A stretch of DNA of 64,000 bases, from the NCBI RefSeq assembly GCF_000315625.1, contig NW_005434582.1:242636-306635 (forward strand), written 5' to 3'. Origin of the DNA: Guillardia theta CCMP2712 (Eukaryota; Protista; Cryptophyta). Below are positions 40,493 to 52,431 of this stretch, in pieces. Under the pieces are notes generated by a model. It saw only the letters and a program-made list of their open reading frames with translations. It had not been told where the DNA came from and made no database searches. Positions within the stretch are counted from its first letter, which is position 1, and each line of letters begins with the position of its first letter. Position numbers and translations under genes: made by a program.

Positions 40493-42128
40493 GTGCGACT
40501 GTGCCATGCCGTCGGCCCGTCGTTACACCTCTCCCTCTCCCTATCCCTCTCCCTCTCCCGCTCCTCCTCTCGTCACCCTCTACCGTCCTGTTGCTGCTGC
40601 TTCTCTTGATTCTGCCTCCGATCCTCTTGATGGTGATGATAGTGCATCTCCTCCTCCTCCTCCTCTTCACCTGATCCACTTCGTCTTCTGCCATGGTTGC
40701 GCTCGTGTCACCTATGCTACCACCCACCCAGAGTGACTCATGAAATTTGATTACCCCCACCCCTTATTTTGCTCTTTGTCCTGGGAATAGAACCCCCCAT
40801 TGTTACGCAGACCCTACCTGGTACCCACCCCATCTAAATCGAGATGAAATCGCAATCCCTGAATCATCCAAACAGCGATGGCGAGGTAGCGAGAGGGAGG
40901 GAGGGAGAGAGGGAGGGAGAGAGGGAGGGAGGGAGCGAGGGAGGGAGGGAGAGAGGGAGCGAGGGAGCGAGGGAGCGAGGGAGCGAGGGAGCGAGGGAGC
41001 GAGGGAGCGAGCGAGGGAGCGAGCGAGGGAGGGAGGGAGCGAGGGAGGGAGGGAGCGAGGGAGCGAGCGAGCGAGGGGGAGCGAAGAGAGCGAGCGAGCG
41101 AGGGGGAGCGAAGAGAGCGAGAGGAAGAGAGAAAGAGAGGCACAGAGGAGGGAGGGGAGAGTCAGGACTTGAAATGTGTGTCCATTGAATTCATTCAAAC
41201 GAGGGAGATGCTGAGGAGGAGGGAACTTGAGTCCAGAAAGAACAGCAGGTGCAGACAAGCTGATCAAGATCGGTGTGCAGAAGAAAGGAGGAGAACTATC
41301 GAGACAGTAGGACCGAACGTTGAGTGACAGCAGGAGTACATCATGTTTTTGTTCACATGAATGATGAGGAGGAGGACGAGAGTCAGCCTGTTTGCGGGAA
41401 GGTTTTGTTGGCGCGAAAGAGAATGGAGGAGTGATGGTTGCTGAGCTGGAAACTGAGCAGATAGTTGATGATTGTGAAGAGATGTTCATGTAGGAGGCGA
41501 TGATAGGAAGGATGTGGTGACATGAAGAGCATGTATGAGTCCACTGCTGGACACGCTTACATGGCCATCTGCAAGGAAAGGTTGCTCAAATACTTCATTA
41601 GCAAGATAGCCTGCTTCACTTTGACTAAGGCAGCAAGATCATTTAGCGTCATCAGTAGCTTGAGTCGTGAGCTTCAATGTCACTGTGCTGTTCTTGCCGC
41701 CTTCATGTCGGGTCCGCTCCTTGCGCGAGAGATGGAAGTCGAGACTCGCGCTGATGGTCTCGTAGCTCGGTGAGTTCACCAGCATGCCGCCATAGCAGCG
41801 AACCATGTTTCTCATGTCCTGCGGAGGAATGTTGCCGAGGACGAGGACTGGAACAAGTGTAAGCAGGAACAAGAATCGTGTTCTGAGGGCGAAGGAAATT
41901 GCTCGAAATCTTTGCAATCGAAACTGAGAAGAAGCAAAGAAGTTTCGACAGGTAATGACGTTAAGAAGAGACTTGAGGCAAGATGTCTCTACACAAGAAT
42001 AGGAAGAATCCATGATAGTAGGAGATTGCTGATCGCGACAGTTCTGCACATCGACAGAGCACGATGAAGAGGCGTTAGCCAAGAAAGTCGATGCCAAAGA
42101 CAAGATGGAGGGAGGAAGCTGTGGGGAA

Positions 42129-42181
<53 letters not shown>

Positions 42182-42724
42182 AGTCGCGCTGCCGTCTGTC
42201 TCGCAATAGTTATACCCTCTTGGGGTGGTGCGGATTAAGAGGGGGTAGTGGACCTTGTTTTGAAGATTGTATCGTCAAGCTGTGGGGTACAAATCAGTCT
42301 TTTACGGGGTAGGGGTACAACTTTACATGGTGCTGCTGAGTATATGGGTGGGGTAGGTCCCCTCGGGGACCCTCTAAACATCCCAACAAGATGACGGGGA
42401 GACGGAGATGTTGGGAGGAGGGGGAAGAGAGAGATAGGTCAGCATGCTGCACGTTGTGGCGATCCTGTGACTGACAAGCTCTTGACTGCAAGAGGTTTTC
42501 ACGAGCAGACAAGGTGATGGGTTGAAGAGAGCACAAGCAAGAGTGGTCAGTGAGATACAAAGATACAAAATGGGGTGGAGCAGCAGGAGGAATATTGCGA
42601 TTCACCATGCTATCAGATACACGGAAAGATGTAGATGATAAAATCAGACACTTTTTATTTCGATTTACACTAATGTCTTTCTCCTCTCAACCAACATATT
42701 CACAATCTTATCTTTCAATTAACT

Positions 42725-43462
42725 TCACGAATCTCCAACCGGCATACTGGCTTGACTGCTGGACTTCTTGAGCTCTTCCAGCTCGTGTTTTAGTTGAGCA
42801 TTCTCCTGAAGAAGCATGTCTGAGTAATGCTGAGCTGCAGCCTTCGCCTGTCGCAGCTCGAACGCTAAATCTGCATTGTTGTCCTTGAATTCCTCCTTCT
42901 CTTCTTCCACCACCTGAATGTAAGCCATGGACGCTCTTTTGGCTTGCTCGAGATCAAAGCGAAGGTCTTGCACCATGTCTTGGTACTCCTGGATCTTCTC
43001 CCTGAGGTCTTCGACGGAATCGTCATTCTCATCTCCTCTTTTCGTCGTCTCTTCTTCTTTGTTTGGAATTTTCACAGCCTTTGTAGACCCCGTCGCGCAA
43101 GCTTCTATGCTGTACTTGCGGAAGGGGCCTTGTTCCTCTTGCACCTTCCGTTCGATCTTAGGGTAGACAGATAACCAGTTCGACGTGTTGATTGCGATGC
43201 TCACGTGAAGGTGGTTCATGATGACACAATTCTGTAGGATCTTGAAGTTGCCTGGAGGTAGTCCCGTCTCGCTGGCTAGGATGCTGCAGATCTCATTGCA
43301 ATCTTTGTCGGAGATCTCCTTTGCTTCCGCAGAAGAAATCAGAGTGATAATGTGGAGGCTTTCCAGGGGATCCCCTGCAATGATGGTTTCTCCCTTGACC
43401 TGACCCTTCCATGTCGGGTCATTGGTACGAGTGGTATCGGCTGAAGATGCTCCGCAGCCCAT
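42725..43462 (-). CDS. Intronless hypothetical protein, 245 aa, with N-terminal dual-acylation motif and C-terminal coiled coil
   Basis: Clean ORF starting MGCGASS (G2 myristoylation, C3 palmitoylation pattern). Repeated DLRFDLEQAK / DLAFELRQAK heptads. Confidence 0.75.
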   Translation of the reverse strand: MGCGASSADTTRTNDPTWKGQVKGETIIAGDPLESLHIITLISSAEAKEISDKDCNEICSILASETGLPPGNFKILQNCVIMNHLHVSIAINTSNWLSVYPKIERKVQEEQGPFRKYSIEACATGSTKAVKIPNKEEETTKRGDENDDSVEDLREKIQEYQDMVQDLRFDLEQAKRASMAYIQVVEEEKEEFKDNNADLAFELRQAKAAAQHYSDMLLQENAQLKHELEELKKSSSQASMPVGDS

Positions 43463-44179
43463 GATGATTGCCTGGTATGGCCCTTGAGACTATCAGACGC
43501 GAAAAAGTGTTCGTTAGGGATTTGTTTCCAACCTCGAAAAGATCCTGCACAACACGTTAAAACAAAAGATGAACTCAACAGGCGGACAATTCGATGCACT
43601 ACACCTTCGCACTATGCACAAACTATGTACAAAACCAGGAAACAAGGAAACGAATCCAGAACTGAGCAAGCGCTGTGCATCTGACTACTCGATCCTTGAC
43701 GTATAGAAAATTTTCAATCTCCCACCTGCTTGGCTAAGGAGACACAAGACAGAATCGCATTCAAAGGGGCCGAATATTCGGACAAAGCTCAAATCTATCG
43801 AGAAACAGCTATGTTATGAGATCTCAGAGTGAAGCAAGGAGTGAGACGGCTTGCAAGAATCACCGAGATAAAAATGGGGTTTGAAGGGAAGAGCAACAGA
43901 GACGAGGGGACGGAACAGGAAGCAGGCAGATCATAGGAGGAGAGAGAGAGCAGAGAGAGAGAGAGAGAGAGAGCTGAGGCGAAGAGGGCGGGAAGCAGAG
44001 CAGGATGCGGGAGTGGAGAGTCGAAGAGGACGAGGTGATTGGGAGGGGGGAGGGAAACGAAAAGGAGGGCACATCCGATCAATTTCATCGTGGAGCAATT
44101 GTTGAGGTAATTTCAAGATAGAAATGAAAAATAATATATATAAAATTGAACTATTGATCACAAAACTTGAAATTGAAAA

Positions 44180-44640
44180 CTATTCTGGCACCCCCTTCGA
44201 TATTGCTTTCTGCCCCTTGCCTTGCTGAGGAGTTAAAAGCCCCAGATGACCCCTCCAAAACCTCTGACCTCCACCCCTCCATCTTTTTTATTTCCACATT
44301 GTACCCCTGTCTACCTATAGCCTCATCTAATACACCCCACCCACTAAAAATGGCTCCTGGGTACCCCCACCCATATAAGTATCCTGATTGCACGAAAGCG
44401 ATAAAGGTCCGAAACCCACCCCTACCCCCCATTTCCCATGTCATCACCCCTGACCCCAGCGCCTATCAATTCTACATTTTACTCAAGTGCACCCTGGTTG
44501 ATGAGTAACGTAACGTAACGGTCCTCTCGCTGTAACCGCCGGTCTCTCCGGGCCGGAGGCCCTCGGCCCGGCGGGCATATTTCAAGTCAGTCACGACTCG
44601 TGAGCCGGGGGTCTGAACCTCTAGTTTCCGAGTCAAGGCT
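44180..44640. other. Intergenic island 5: ACCCC tract followed by a palindromic-word core (44520-44640)
   Basis: ccgggccggaggccctcggcccgg and gtcagtcacgactcgtgag follow a TACCCC-rich block. Confidence 0.55.
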
Positions 44641-44728
44641 CTCTCTCTCTCTCTCTCTCTCTCCTTTCTCTCAAAGTTTCTCCTTAGTTTCTCATCTCTC
44701 TCTGAGTCTCTTTCCTTTCTCTCCTCAT

Positions 44729-45581
44729 TGTCACACCTCGAAGATTCTCGAGTGGACCTTCAAGCGCAGTTCAATAAGAACTCACGTTGGATTTCTCTAC
44801 TAAGAGGGAAAGCGGTGAAACAGAAGGAGATCTAACTCTCTTTTATTTCTTTCACACACACACACAAAACAAGACAAGACGATACACACAAAGACGTCTC
44901 AACAATCGTGACACACACACGAAAGGGGAAGAGGACCACCTAGCTCTGACGAATTTCATCCTTTTATAGCTTCGAGGAATGAGCCAGGGGTGCCGTCTCT
45001 TGGCTACAGAAAGGAGGGGTGTCCTGTTCTTGGAAGTTGACAAGCATCCCTTCTGACCTTCGAGAGGATACCATGCTCTCTCGCAGGGAAGAGAACCCCG
45101 TCCTTGCATGGTAGCAAGCTGCTTCCAACGGGTCGTACTCCACAAGACGCACCCCTTCTGTTCACCTTGTAAGCCCCCCACGGGTACACGGTTCAGTGCT
45201 GCAACAAAGGCCTCCACAGGGGTCCTTTCAGCAGCTTCACACTGGAGTAGAGTATCCTGGGTCATCCAGGAGAAGTCAGCTTCGAACACGAGTACGAGAC
45301 AGCCAACTGTCCTTTCATCCTGATAGGCCTTTGTCTGACTCGGGCTCGGTTCCTATGAGCTCTGACACGCTCTTCTCTGCGCTTTCTTGGAGTGCTCAGG
45401 ACTCAGAAAACTTCGCCTTCCGGCGGGCCAAGTTCCACGGTGGCTTACCTCACTGGCACGGTCGGCTGGCAGTTACCTTTCCGATAGTATTCCCTTACTG
45501 GTAGCAAGCTGCTTCCAACGGGTCGTACTCCACAAGACGCACCCCTTCTGTTTACCTTGTAAGCCCCCCACGGGTACACGG
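44729..45581 (-). mobile_element. Possible truncated or solo LTR fragment
   Basis: On the minus strand the order is an internal 83-bp direct repeat, CTATAAAAGG, AATAAA, then the terminus ...GGTGTGACA at 44729. No PBS, second terminus or TSD was found. Confidence 0.4.
45109..45581. repeat. 83-bp direct repeat pair (45109-45191 and 45499-45581, one mismatch)
   Basis: TGGTAGCAAGCTGCTTCCAACGGGTCG...CACGGGTACACGG occurs twice, 390 bp apart. Confidence 0.95.
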
Positions 45582-45584
45582 CAT

Positions 45585-46310
45585 CCGATCATCCGGGGCC
45601 TGCCCCCGGGCCCGGGCCCGGGGACAGTGCCAGGTATGATGAATAATTGTCTGCCACTGACAGTGGCATTGTCTGTCGGACAGTGGCCTCCCAGTGTTGC
45701 ACACTGGGAGGCCATGCCACCTGGCCTCCCAGTGTGCAACAAAACAGCCTGAGACTCTGTGACTGGACTCCCGGCCGGGAGTTGATCAGTAGTACCGTAC
45801 ATGCCGTGTTCCGAGCAAGAAGTAAAGTCTTAGGTGACCCGTTGTCTTGGGGTGGAGACATTCAAGGTTTAGGTGGGTACATGATGGGAAAAACTGAGAC
45901 CGGGTAGTGTTGAGAGCATTCGGAAATACTTTCAGACAAGTTTCAAACTACCGCGAAAATCAAGACCCACAAACTATTTTCATCCCGCCAAAACCAAGTA
46001 AAGGCTACCTGTCATGCCCGGAGTTGCATCAACGGCCCTACCTAGACTCAATAATCGGCTCGCAACTGAGTCCGGTAGTACTTGACGGACTTCAGCATGT
46101 GACATGTTTTTGACAATAATGGCCGGCCCGGATACTAGGTGACCGGACCTGGCGGCTCGGAGCCTCAGGGGGCGGCACACTGCAAGCACTGCGGCGGCAG
46201 CAGAGAGGAAGATCCGATGATCCGAGGCCCGGCTCGGCCCGAGCGTCTGAGGACTCGGAGGCTGCTCAGTGCCCGGACTAGGACGCGAGCTTGAGGCCAT
46301 GCGGTGTCGT
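45585..46310. other. GC-rich palindromic-word island 6 with nested hairpins
   Basis: ccccgggcccgggcccgggg, inverted repeats at 45652-45741 and gactccc ggccgggagt-type words. Confidence 0.55.
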
Positions 46311-46370
46311 CTCGAAGCGACAGTCGTCCGGGTCGAGCACCTGCGGCATGCTCGTTAGCTCGGCACTAAG

Positions 46371-49300
46371 TCATGCTCGCAGCACCAGCGGCTGGCAGTT
46401 TCTTCCTCCGAGCGTGTGGGTGCGGAAGGGCCCGTGGATCATGTACTCGAGGTAGTCCTTGGCTACCTCGTTCCAGCCATGGCGCGGGTCCGTCCCGTAC
46501 AGCTTCGCCCGGTCTACGAGGGCTGAGCTAGCGGGCACGCGGCCGGTGTCGATGTTGGTGAGGGCTGCAACCATCTCCTCCGAGGTCTCCGCGTACTGCG
46601 CGAGGTCCCCGAAGACTTGGTGCATCCTGTGGCGATGGAAGGGCCCGAGGATCAGCTGAGCTCCGCACGCGGCAGCCTCGACAGGAGGCATGCCGAAGCC
46701 CTCGTAGCTGGAGGTGTAGACGAAGACAGCGCTGGCGGAGTAGAGGGTGGGCATGTCCTTCTCGGGGATCATCTTGACGTCCTTGACCTCTGCCGATCTG
46801 GTTGAGAAACTAGAGGAGACATACAGGCAGGGGACAGGAGCGAGCAGGAAGGAGCAGGAGTATGAAAAGGAGCTAGAGAAAGAGCTGGAGGAGCAGAATG
46901 ATGGTGGTGGTAAAGATCGAGAATGAGGAGGAACAAGACGAAGAGGAGGACAGGGGGGGAGGCAAAGAGGAGCGAAAAGAAGAGCTCACCGATGCCATGG
47001 TCTTTCTCCTCTGGTAGTCCCACCAGCAAGACCATGTACTTGGAGCGAAAGCTCTGCGGCATCGCCTCGAGCCCCTCCCAGAACACGTCGTAGTTCTTGT
47101 ATCCGTATCGCTTCCCAACGATGAGGATGTAGGGCTTCCTCAGGTCGTACCTCGCCCGAAAGTCTTCCTCCTCCTCCTTGCTCGCCGGCTTGAAGATCGG
47201 GGCCGCACGGTTGTCGGAGGTGGCCACGAGTTTCCTCTCGCACATGCCGTAAAGCTCGCAGAGGTCGTCGGTCGTGCTCTTGGAGATGGAGAGGAAGCCG
47301 CCTGCGTGTCGGAGGTTGTCGATCCTCGGCCAGTACTCGGAGCCAGGACCTGCCGCCACGTCACGCGAGGAGGAGGAGGGGAGGCTCACCTGCATCCATG
47401 CCGGTGCGCTCGGGGATGTGATCGTAGACCATGTGGATGAAACATGCGTCGGGAGAGCCCTGGTAGTAGGAGCTAAACAGAACCTTGTGCTCCCCCGGCA
47501 GCTCCTTCACCCGCTGCAGCGAGTGGCAGTTGAGATTCTTCACCCCCGAGAAGAGGACGTGGTCCGAGTAGGCGCAGTGCGTGAAGTCGCCGCCATGCTG
47601 AGTGACGGCCTTGATCATGAAGGGAACGATCTCGTGCCACATCTTCGCTACTCCTCCGTCCAGCCGCCCGTTGGTGAGGTGGTAGATGTAGCCGTCGAAG
47701 ATCACGTTGACCCCTCTCAGGTCGCACTGGCGGGGACGGAGAGGAGGCGGCGGGGAGGTGATGCGCGAGCCGTCAAAGTCGATCCTCCAGGGGCTCTCAG
47801 GGAACTTCTCACACGTTGCATCCCAGACTCGCTGGAGGGGGCCCGAGAGGCGTCCTCCCATGTGCCCGGCATCATGCTCCCCCTACATGCATGATGTGTA
47901 AGGAGAAGAGAGGCGGCAAGAAGGTGAGGACGAGGACGAGGAAGAGGCAGAGAGCAGGAGGTGGATGAACGAGCGGGAGGAAGGGGACGGATGCGGGAGT
48001 GAGAGGAGGGAGGAGGAGGAGGTCAGCACCGGCTCGCTCCACGTCGCAGTGAAGGCTCTTCGACCGGGCAGGTTGGGGTACATGCCGAAAAGCCCCTCAT
48101 CCTCCATGAACCGCATGCACCAGGCGGTCCACATACGCGGAGATTTCCCGCTCCTCTTGATGTCTTTCCACCACTTGGATGTGATGACGTCACCTCCCCT
48201 GAACTTGAGGTCGTCCGGCTCGTACCCTGTCGCCGACTTCGCCTGCTGCCATCGCAAGAACAGCCGCCACGTTCGAGGATGCGGAGAGAAACCCCACGAG
48301 CCGGGGACCTTGTAGAGGAAGGGCTCGTACTCGTTGTCGATCCTGTCCTCGACGTTAACCCACCGCCGTCAGCAGCTCCCGCTACCTCAAGTTGTCTCGT
48401 CCGTCCGAGGCTACAAGATGCTGCGTCTGCAAGGAGATGCCTATGAGATCCTGCCTTCTCCTGCTACAAGGTTACAGCTCCTCCTCCTCCTCACGCCAGT
48501 GCGCGCCTGTATCTCGGCCACATGCTCTTGAGCCATCGCCAGTAGACAGGAGAAACCTGGGACAAGTAAGCGGCAGCTTCCGCTGTTGACGACTAAGCAG
48601 GGGCAGGAGTAGGCGGTGGAGGAAGACGATGAGAGGAGGTGAGAACAGAGGAGGTGAGAGAGGAAGATGGCTGACCTCCATGTCATCTTCGAAGATCACA
48701 ACTATGCTCTCAAAAAGACGCGCTCCTTCCTCGGGTTGCCAGCAGCCCAGCCACTGACCCACCAGCCCGACGTTCTTGTCCCTGACTTCAAGCGTCTTCT
48801 TGCCGTGTCGCCAACTGAACTCCTCTGCCACCTGCAGAGTCTTCTTCCTCTCCTCGTCTCTGCTCCCCCCGCTCGGCCCATCTATCCAGATCTCGAGGTC
48901 TGCACGGTCTGGCGAGTAGTTGGCGAGGTCGAGGGAGCGGAGGAGGCGGAGGAGAGAGGAGGGGCGAGCGAAGGTGAGGACTTTGATAATCAGGTCAGGA
49001 GGCAGCGGACGGTATTCAGCTCCTGCTGCCAGCGACCCGTTGGCGAAGTCATCCCAGTTGGACGCGACAAGCTCCTCTGCTTGCTTGCCGTAGAGCTTGG
49101 GGTAGCGAGTGAGCATGGCAGCGGACTGATCTGAGCGAGACTGTCAGGCAACGGAAGCGACCGACATCATCTGACCCCCATGTGCCAGACGCGAGAGCTT
49201 CGCCTTCTTCTTCTTCAGCTTATCTTCCTCCTCCTCCTCGCTCCCCCACGATCCCTTCCCGTCAAACACTCGTGAGAGCCGTCGAGCAGCCCAAGGAGCT

Positions 49301-50034
49301 CACCTCCTTCAGCTTCTTGTCGCATCCGAGCTTCTTCCACTCGCCTGCTATGGACCTCGGCATGAACTTGTCGTGCTCCGTGGCCCTTGCACTCAGATTT
49401 ACGCGCTGATGGAGCAAGAATAGGGGGAGGGAAGATGCAGGATAGATAACAGGAGAAAGGCGACGAGCATCAGCATGTGCTGGAGATCGAAATGAAGACG
49501 GAGATGGAGATGGAGGTGGAGATGGAGATCATGATGTCAGGAGGAGGAGGAGGAGGAGGAGGAGGAGGAGGAGGAGGAGGAGGAGGGAGAGGAGGAGGAG
49601 GAGGATGATGAAATTGCTGATATAGTCTGAACCTCATCCGGTGGTAAGCCATCGCCCAGAGCTCACAGAGAGTCTTGGCCTGGTCGTTTCGGAAAGGCAA
49701 CAAAAGGTCGTCTATCACGTTGTTCTGTGAAGAAAGGAAGGCATCCAGGCCGAGCTTGCGATGATTTAATTCCGCGTCTCTCACGAATTTCTTGTTCGCG
49801 CCATCCGGCGAACTGTCAGGCCGTCAGACGGGCAAGCGATCATCTTGAAGACCTCGAGGTATGACGGAGCGAGACCTGCAAGTTTAGGTAGAGCATGAGG
49901 ACACCGAGGGCCATGAGGAGTCTGAGGAAGAGGAGAACGTCTGCGGGTCGTCCTTCTCCTCTCCTAACTCCTCCTCCTCCTCCTCCTCCTCCTCCTCCTC
50001 TCATCCTTCGCGTCTCTCCCTCCGTCCTCGACAT
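46371..50034 (-). CDS. Type II membrane bifunctional glycosyltransferase: GT-A (GT2-like) domain fused to a GT4 (GT-B) domain
   Basis: TM VLLFLRLLMALGVLMLYLNL. GT-A motifs IKVLTFARPSSLLRLLRSL, VGLVGQW, VIFEDDMEVS and YPNLP...SEP|GEH continue in frame into GT4 motifs YDHIPE, ISKSTTDD, VGKRYGYKNY and FVYTSSYEGFGMPPVEAAACG. Confidence 0.8.
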
Positions 50035-50069
50035 CACGCCATGCTCGCTAACCAATTCTGAAAATCCAT

Positions 50070-50640
50070 CACCCCCCCCACAACAACCAGTACCCTCATA
50101 TACCCTACGTTTCAATAATTTTTTAGGTACCCCCTACCCCTCTGATTGACTACCCACCCTCACATTGAATGGACTCTGAGTCATCTCCTAGCCGCTCACT
50201 GAGTCAGTGCCATGTCATGCCGGGTCGGGTCGGATGGTGTCCGGGCCGGGCCCGCGGGCCCGCGGGAGTCCGACGGACTCGGACTCGCCGGAGTCCCGGC
50301 CCCGAGTCCAGCACCGTCACTACACGGGTATTACGGCCGTACCCGGCCCCCCGGGACCGGGCCGTGGGCAACCGTCCGGTCAGTCCGGGACCGGGTTCAC
50401 GGTCAAGGCTGGCAAGTTAGACACAACCGGTTGAACCGTTCGGAACCGTAACTTGGAGGGAGGCTTACGCGGCGTTCTACTGAGACCTCTTCCCTAAACT
50501 TGAAAGGTTGAGTTCTCAGATGGCTCGCTGGGGGCCGGGCCCGGCCGGGCCGCGGCGGACTCGAGTCGCCGGACCGTCTCCGCGGCCGCGACAGTGACGG
50601 CTCCGGGCCACCGTCCGATCACCAGGTGTCGGAGAGCCTA
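50070..50640. other. Intergenic island 7: TACCCC tract then GC-rich palindromic-word core
   Basis: TGAGTCA at 50177 and 50200, gggcccgcgggcccgcgg, gactcggactcg and gactcgagtc. Confidence 0.6.
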
Positions 50641-50699
50641 TTTTCATCACCCTCATATCCCATTGGTGACCTCTGAAGGTCAAAAGTGAAGAGAGGGAG

Positions 50700-51090
50700 C
50701 GACAACGAAGGGAGAGGAGACGAGAGGAGACGAGACGAGACGAGACGAGACGAGACGAGAGACGAGAGGGAATGAGCGGAGAGGAGAGGAGAGGAGTGAC
50801 GAGACGAGACGAGACGAGACGAGACGAGACGAGACGAGACGAGACGAGACGAGACGAGACGAGAGACGAGAGGGAATGGGCGGAGAGGAGAGGAGAGGAG
50901 AGGAGAGGAGTGACGAGACGAGACAAGACGTGACGTGACGTGACATGACGTGACGAAACGAGAGACGAGAGACGAGAGACGAGAGACGAGAGACGAGAGA
51001 TGAGAGACGAGAGACGAGAGATGAGAGACGAGAGGGAATGGGCGGAGAGGAGAGCACGGGCGAGGACAGGACAGGACATGACATGACAGA
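50700..51090. repeat. Compound (GACGA)n/(GAGGA)n/(GACGT)n/(GAGACGA)n array
   Basis: Directly visible in the sequence. Confidence 0.9.
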
Positions 51091-51349
51091 GCAGGGCAGG
51101 CCTGAGGTAAGAGCAGTGCAGGGCAGGCATATGCCAACAAGCAGAGGGCTCCGAAGCTTGAGGTGTTTGCGGGATCAGAACAGACAGGCAGGCGAGTATA
51201 CGAAGAGTAGCAAAGAAGAGGAGTTCGCGAGGAGGAGGAGGAGCGCAAACGAGGATCCTGGTAGCATCTCTGACTCATGACGCGCATATCACTAGAGTAG
51301 GGCAGGGGTCAAATGACAACTTGAGATGTCGATGGAGGCATCCGACGCC

Positions 51350-52381
51350 ATGAAAACGCGTCGCCCCGTCCTCCCTCTACTCCTCCTCCTCGTCTCTGGG
51401 TTGACGGTGAATCGTTCACCTTCCCTCGCGCCCCCTCACCCTCCCGCAGCCCTCGCAAGCAATCAGATGTATGCTCAGCTCCTACGACGTCAAGAACTGG
51501 CCCTCCTGCAGTTCGCTGTATCCTCCTACCCTGCCCTACCCTCATCTCCTCTCTTTTCCTCTCTTCGTTCCGCTCTCCTCTCGATTGAATCGGTTGACTC
51601 TCACTTGATCTTAGTGGCTTTTTCGCATACACATGGAGCAACAGGTTGAGACATCCTCTCGTCTCTCTCCTCCTGCTTCATCCTCATCTTTCATCCTTGT
51701 TTCCCTCCTTCTCCTCCTTCTCTTTCAGCCTTTTCCTCAAGCATCATCTCCCCTCCATCTTCTTCTTCCCCTTACCTGTCATCCTTTCCTTGTTTCCTCT
51801 CATACTCGCGACAGATGCATGGGCATAGGCAGTGGCGTCCTGTGCTCTGACTATCGCATCTCATCGGGTTGCCCGGATACTGGCGTGCTTCCCTGTCAGG
51901 TAAACTCTTCTTCACTCTCCTCTCCTCTCCTCTCTTGTCTTCCCTCCCGTCCCTCCCTCCCTTCCCTTCCTTCCCCTTTCTCCAGGCTTAGGCTCTATCT
52001 TCGCTAACATCTCTTGCTCAACCTCACCGCGACTTGTGTTCCTCTTCTTTCAGTTCGACTCCTCCACTCTCGCCCTTCGCGACAGCAACTCATATTGCAA
52101 GGAGGTGACGAGGAGGAGGAGGGAGCAGAGGCAGCAGCAAGTCAAGGAAGAGGGAGGGGGAAGGGAAGGAGGGGCAGGAGGTATCGGAGGGGGTGAGGAG
52201 GCTCACAACCTGGCAGGGTCTTGATTATGATCTGTGCGATCGAACCATCGATGCATGCCGGACAACGGTAAGGGAGGAAGAGAGAGAAGGAGAGTGGCAG
52301 GAGAAGGCGGGGACGGAAGATGAAGACCGCGAGGATGTTGTGAAAGGGAAGAAAGGAGGGAAAGGAGGATATGGCCGAGCC

Positions 52382-52431
<50 letters not shown>

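Noticed and set aside
41200-42110. Possible gene (ORFs 41522-41773 + and 41639-42103 -)
   Set aside because: No consistent exon chain or domain could be built.
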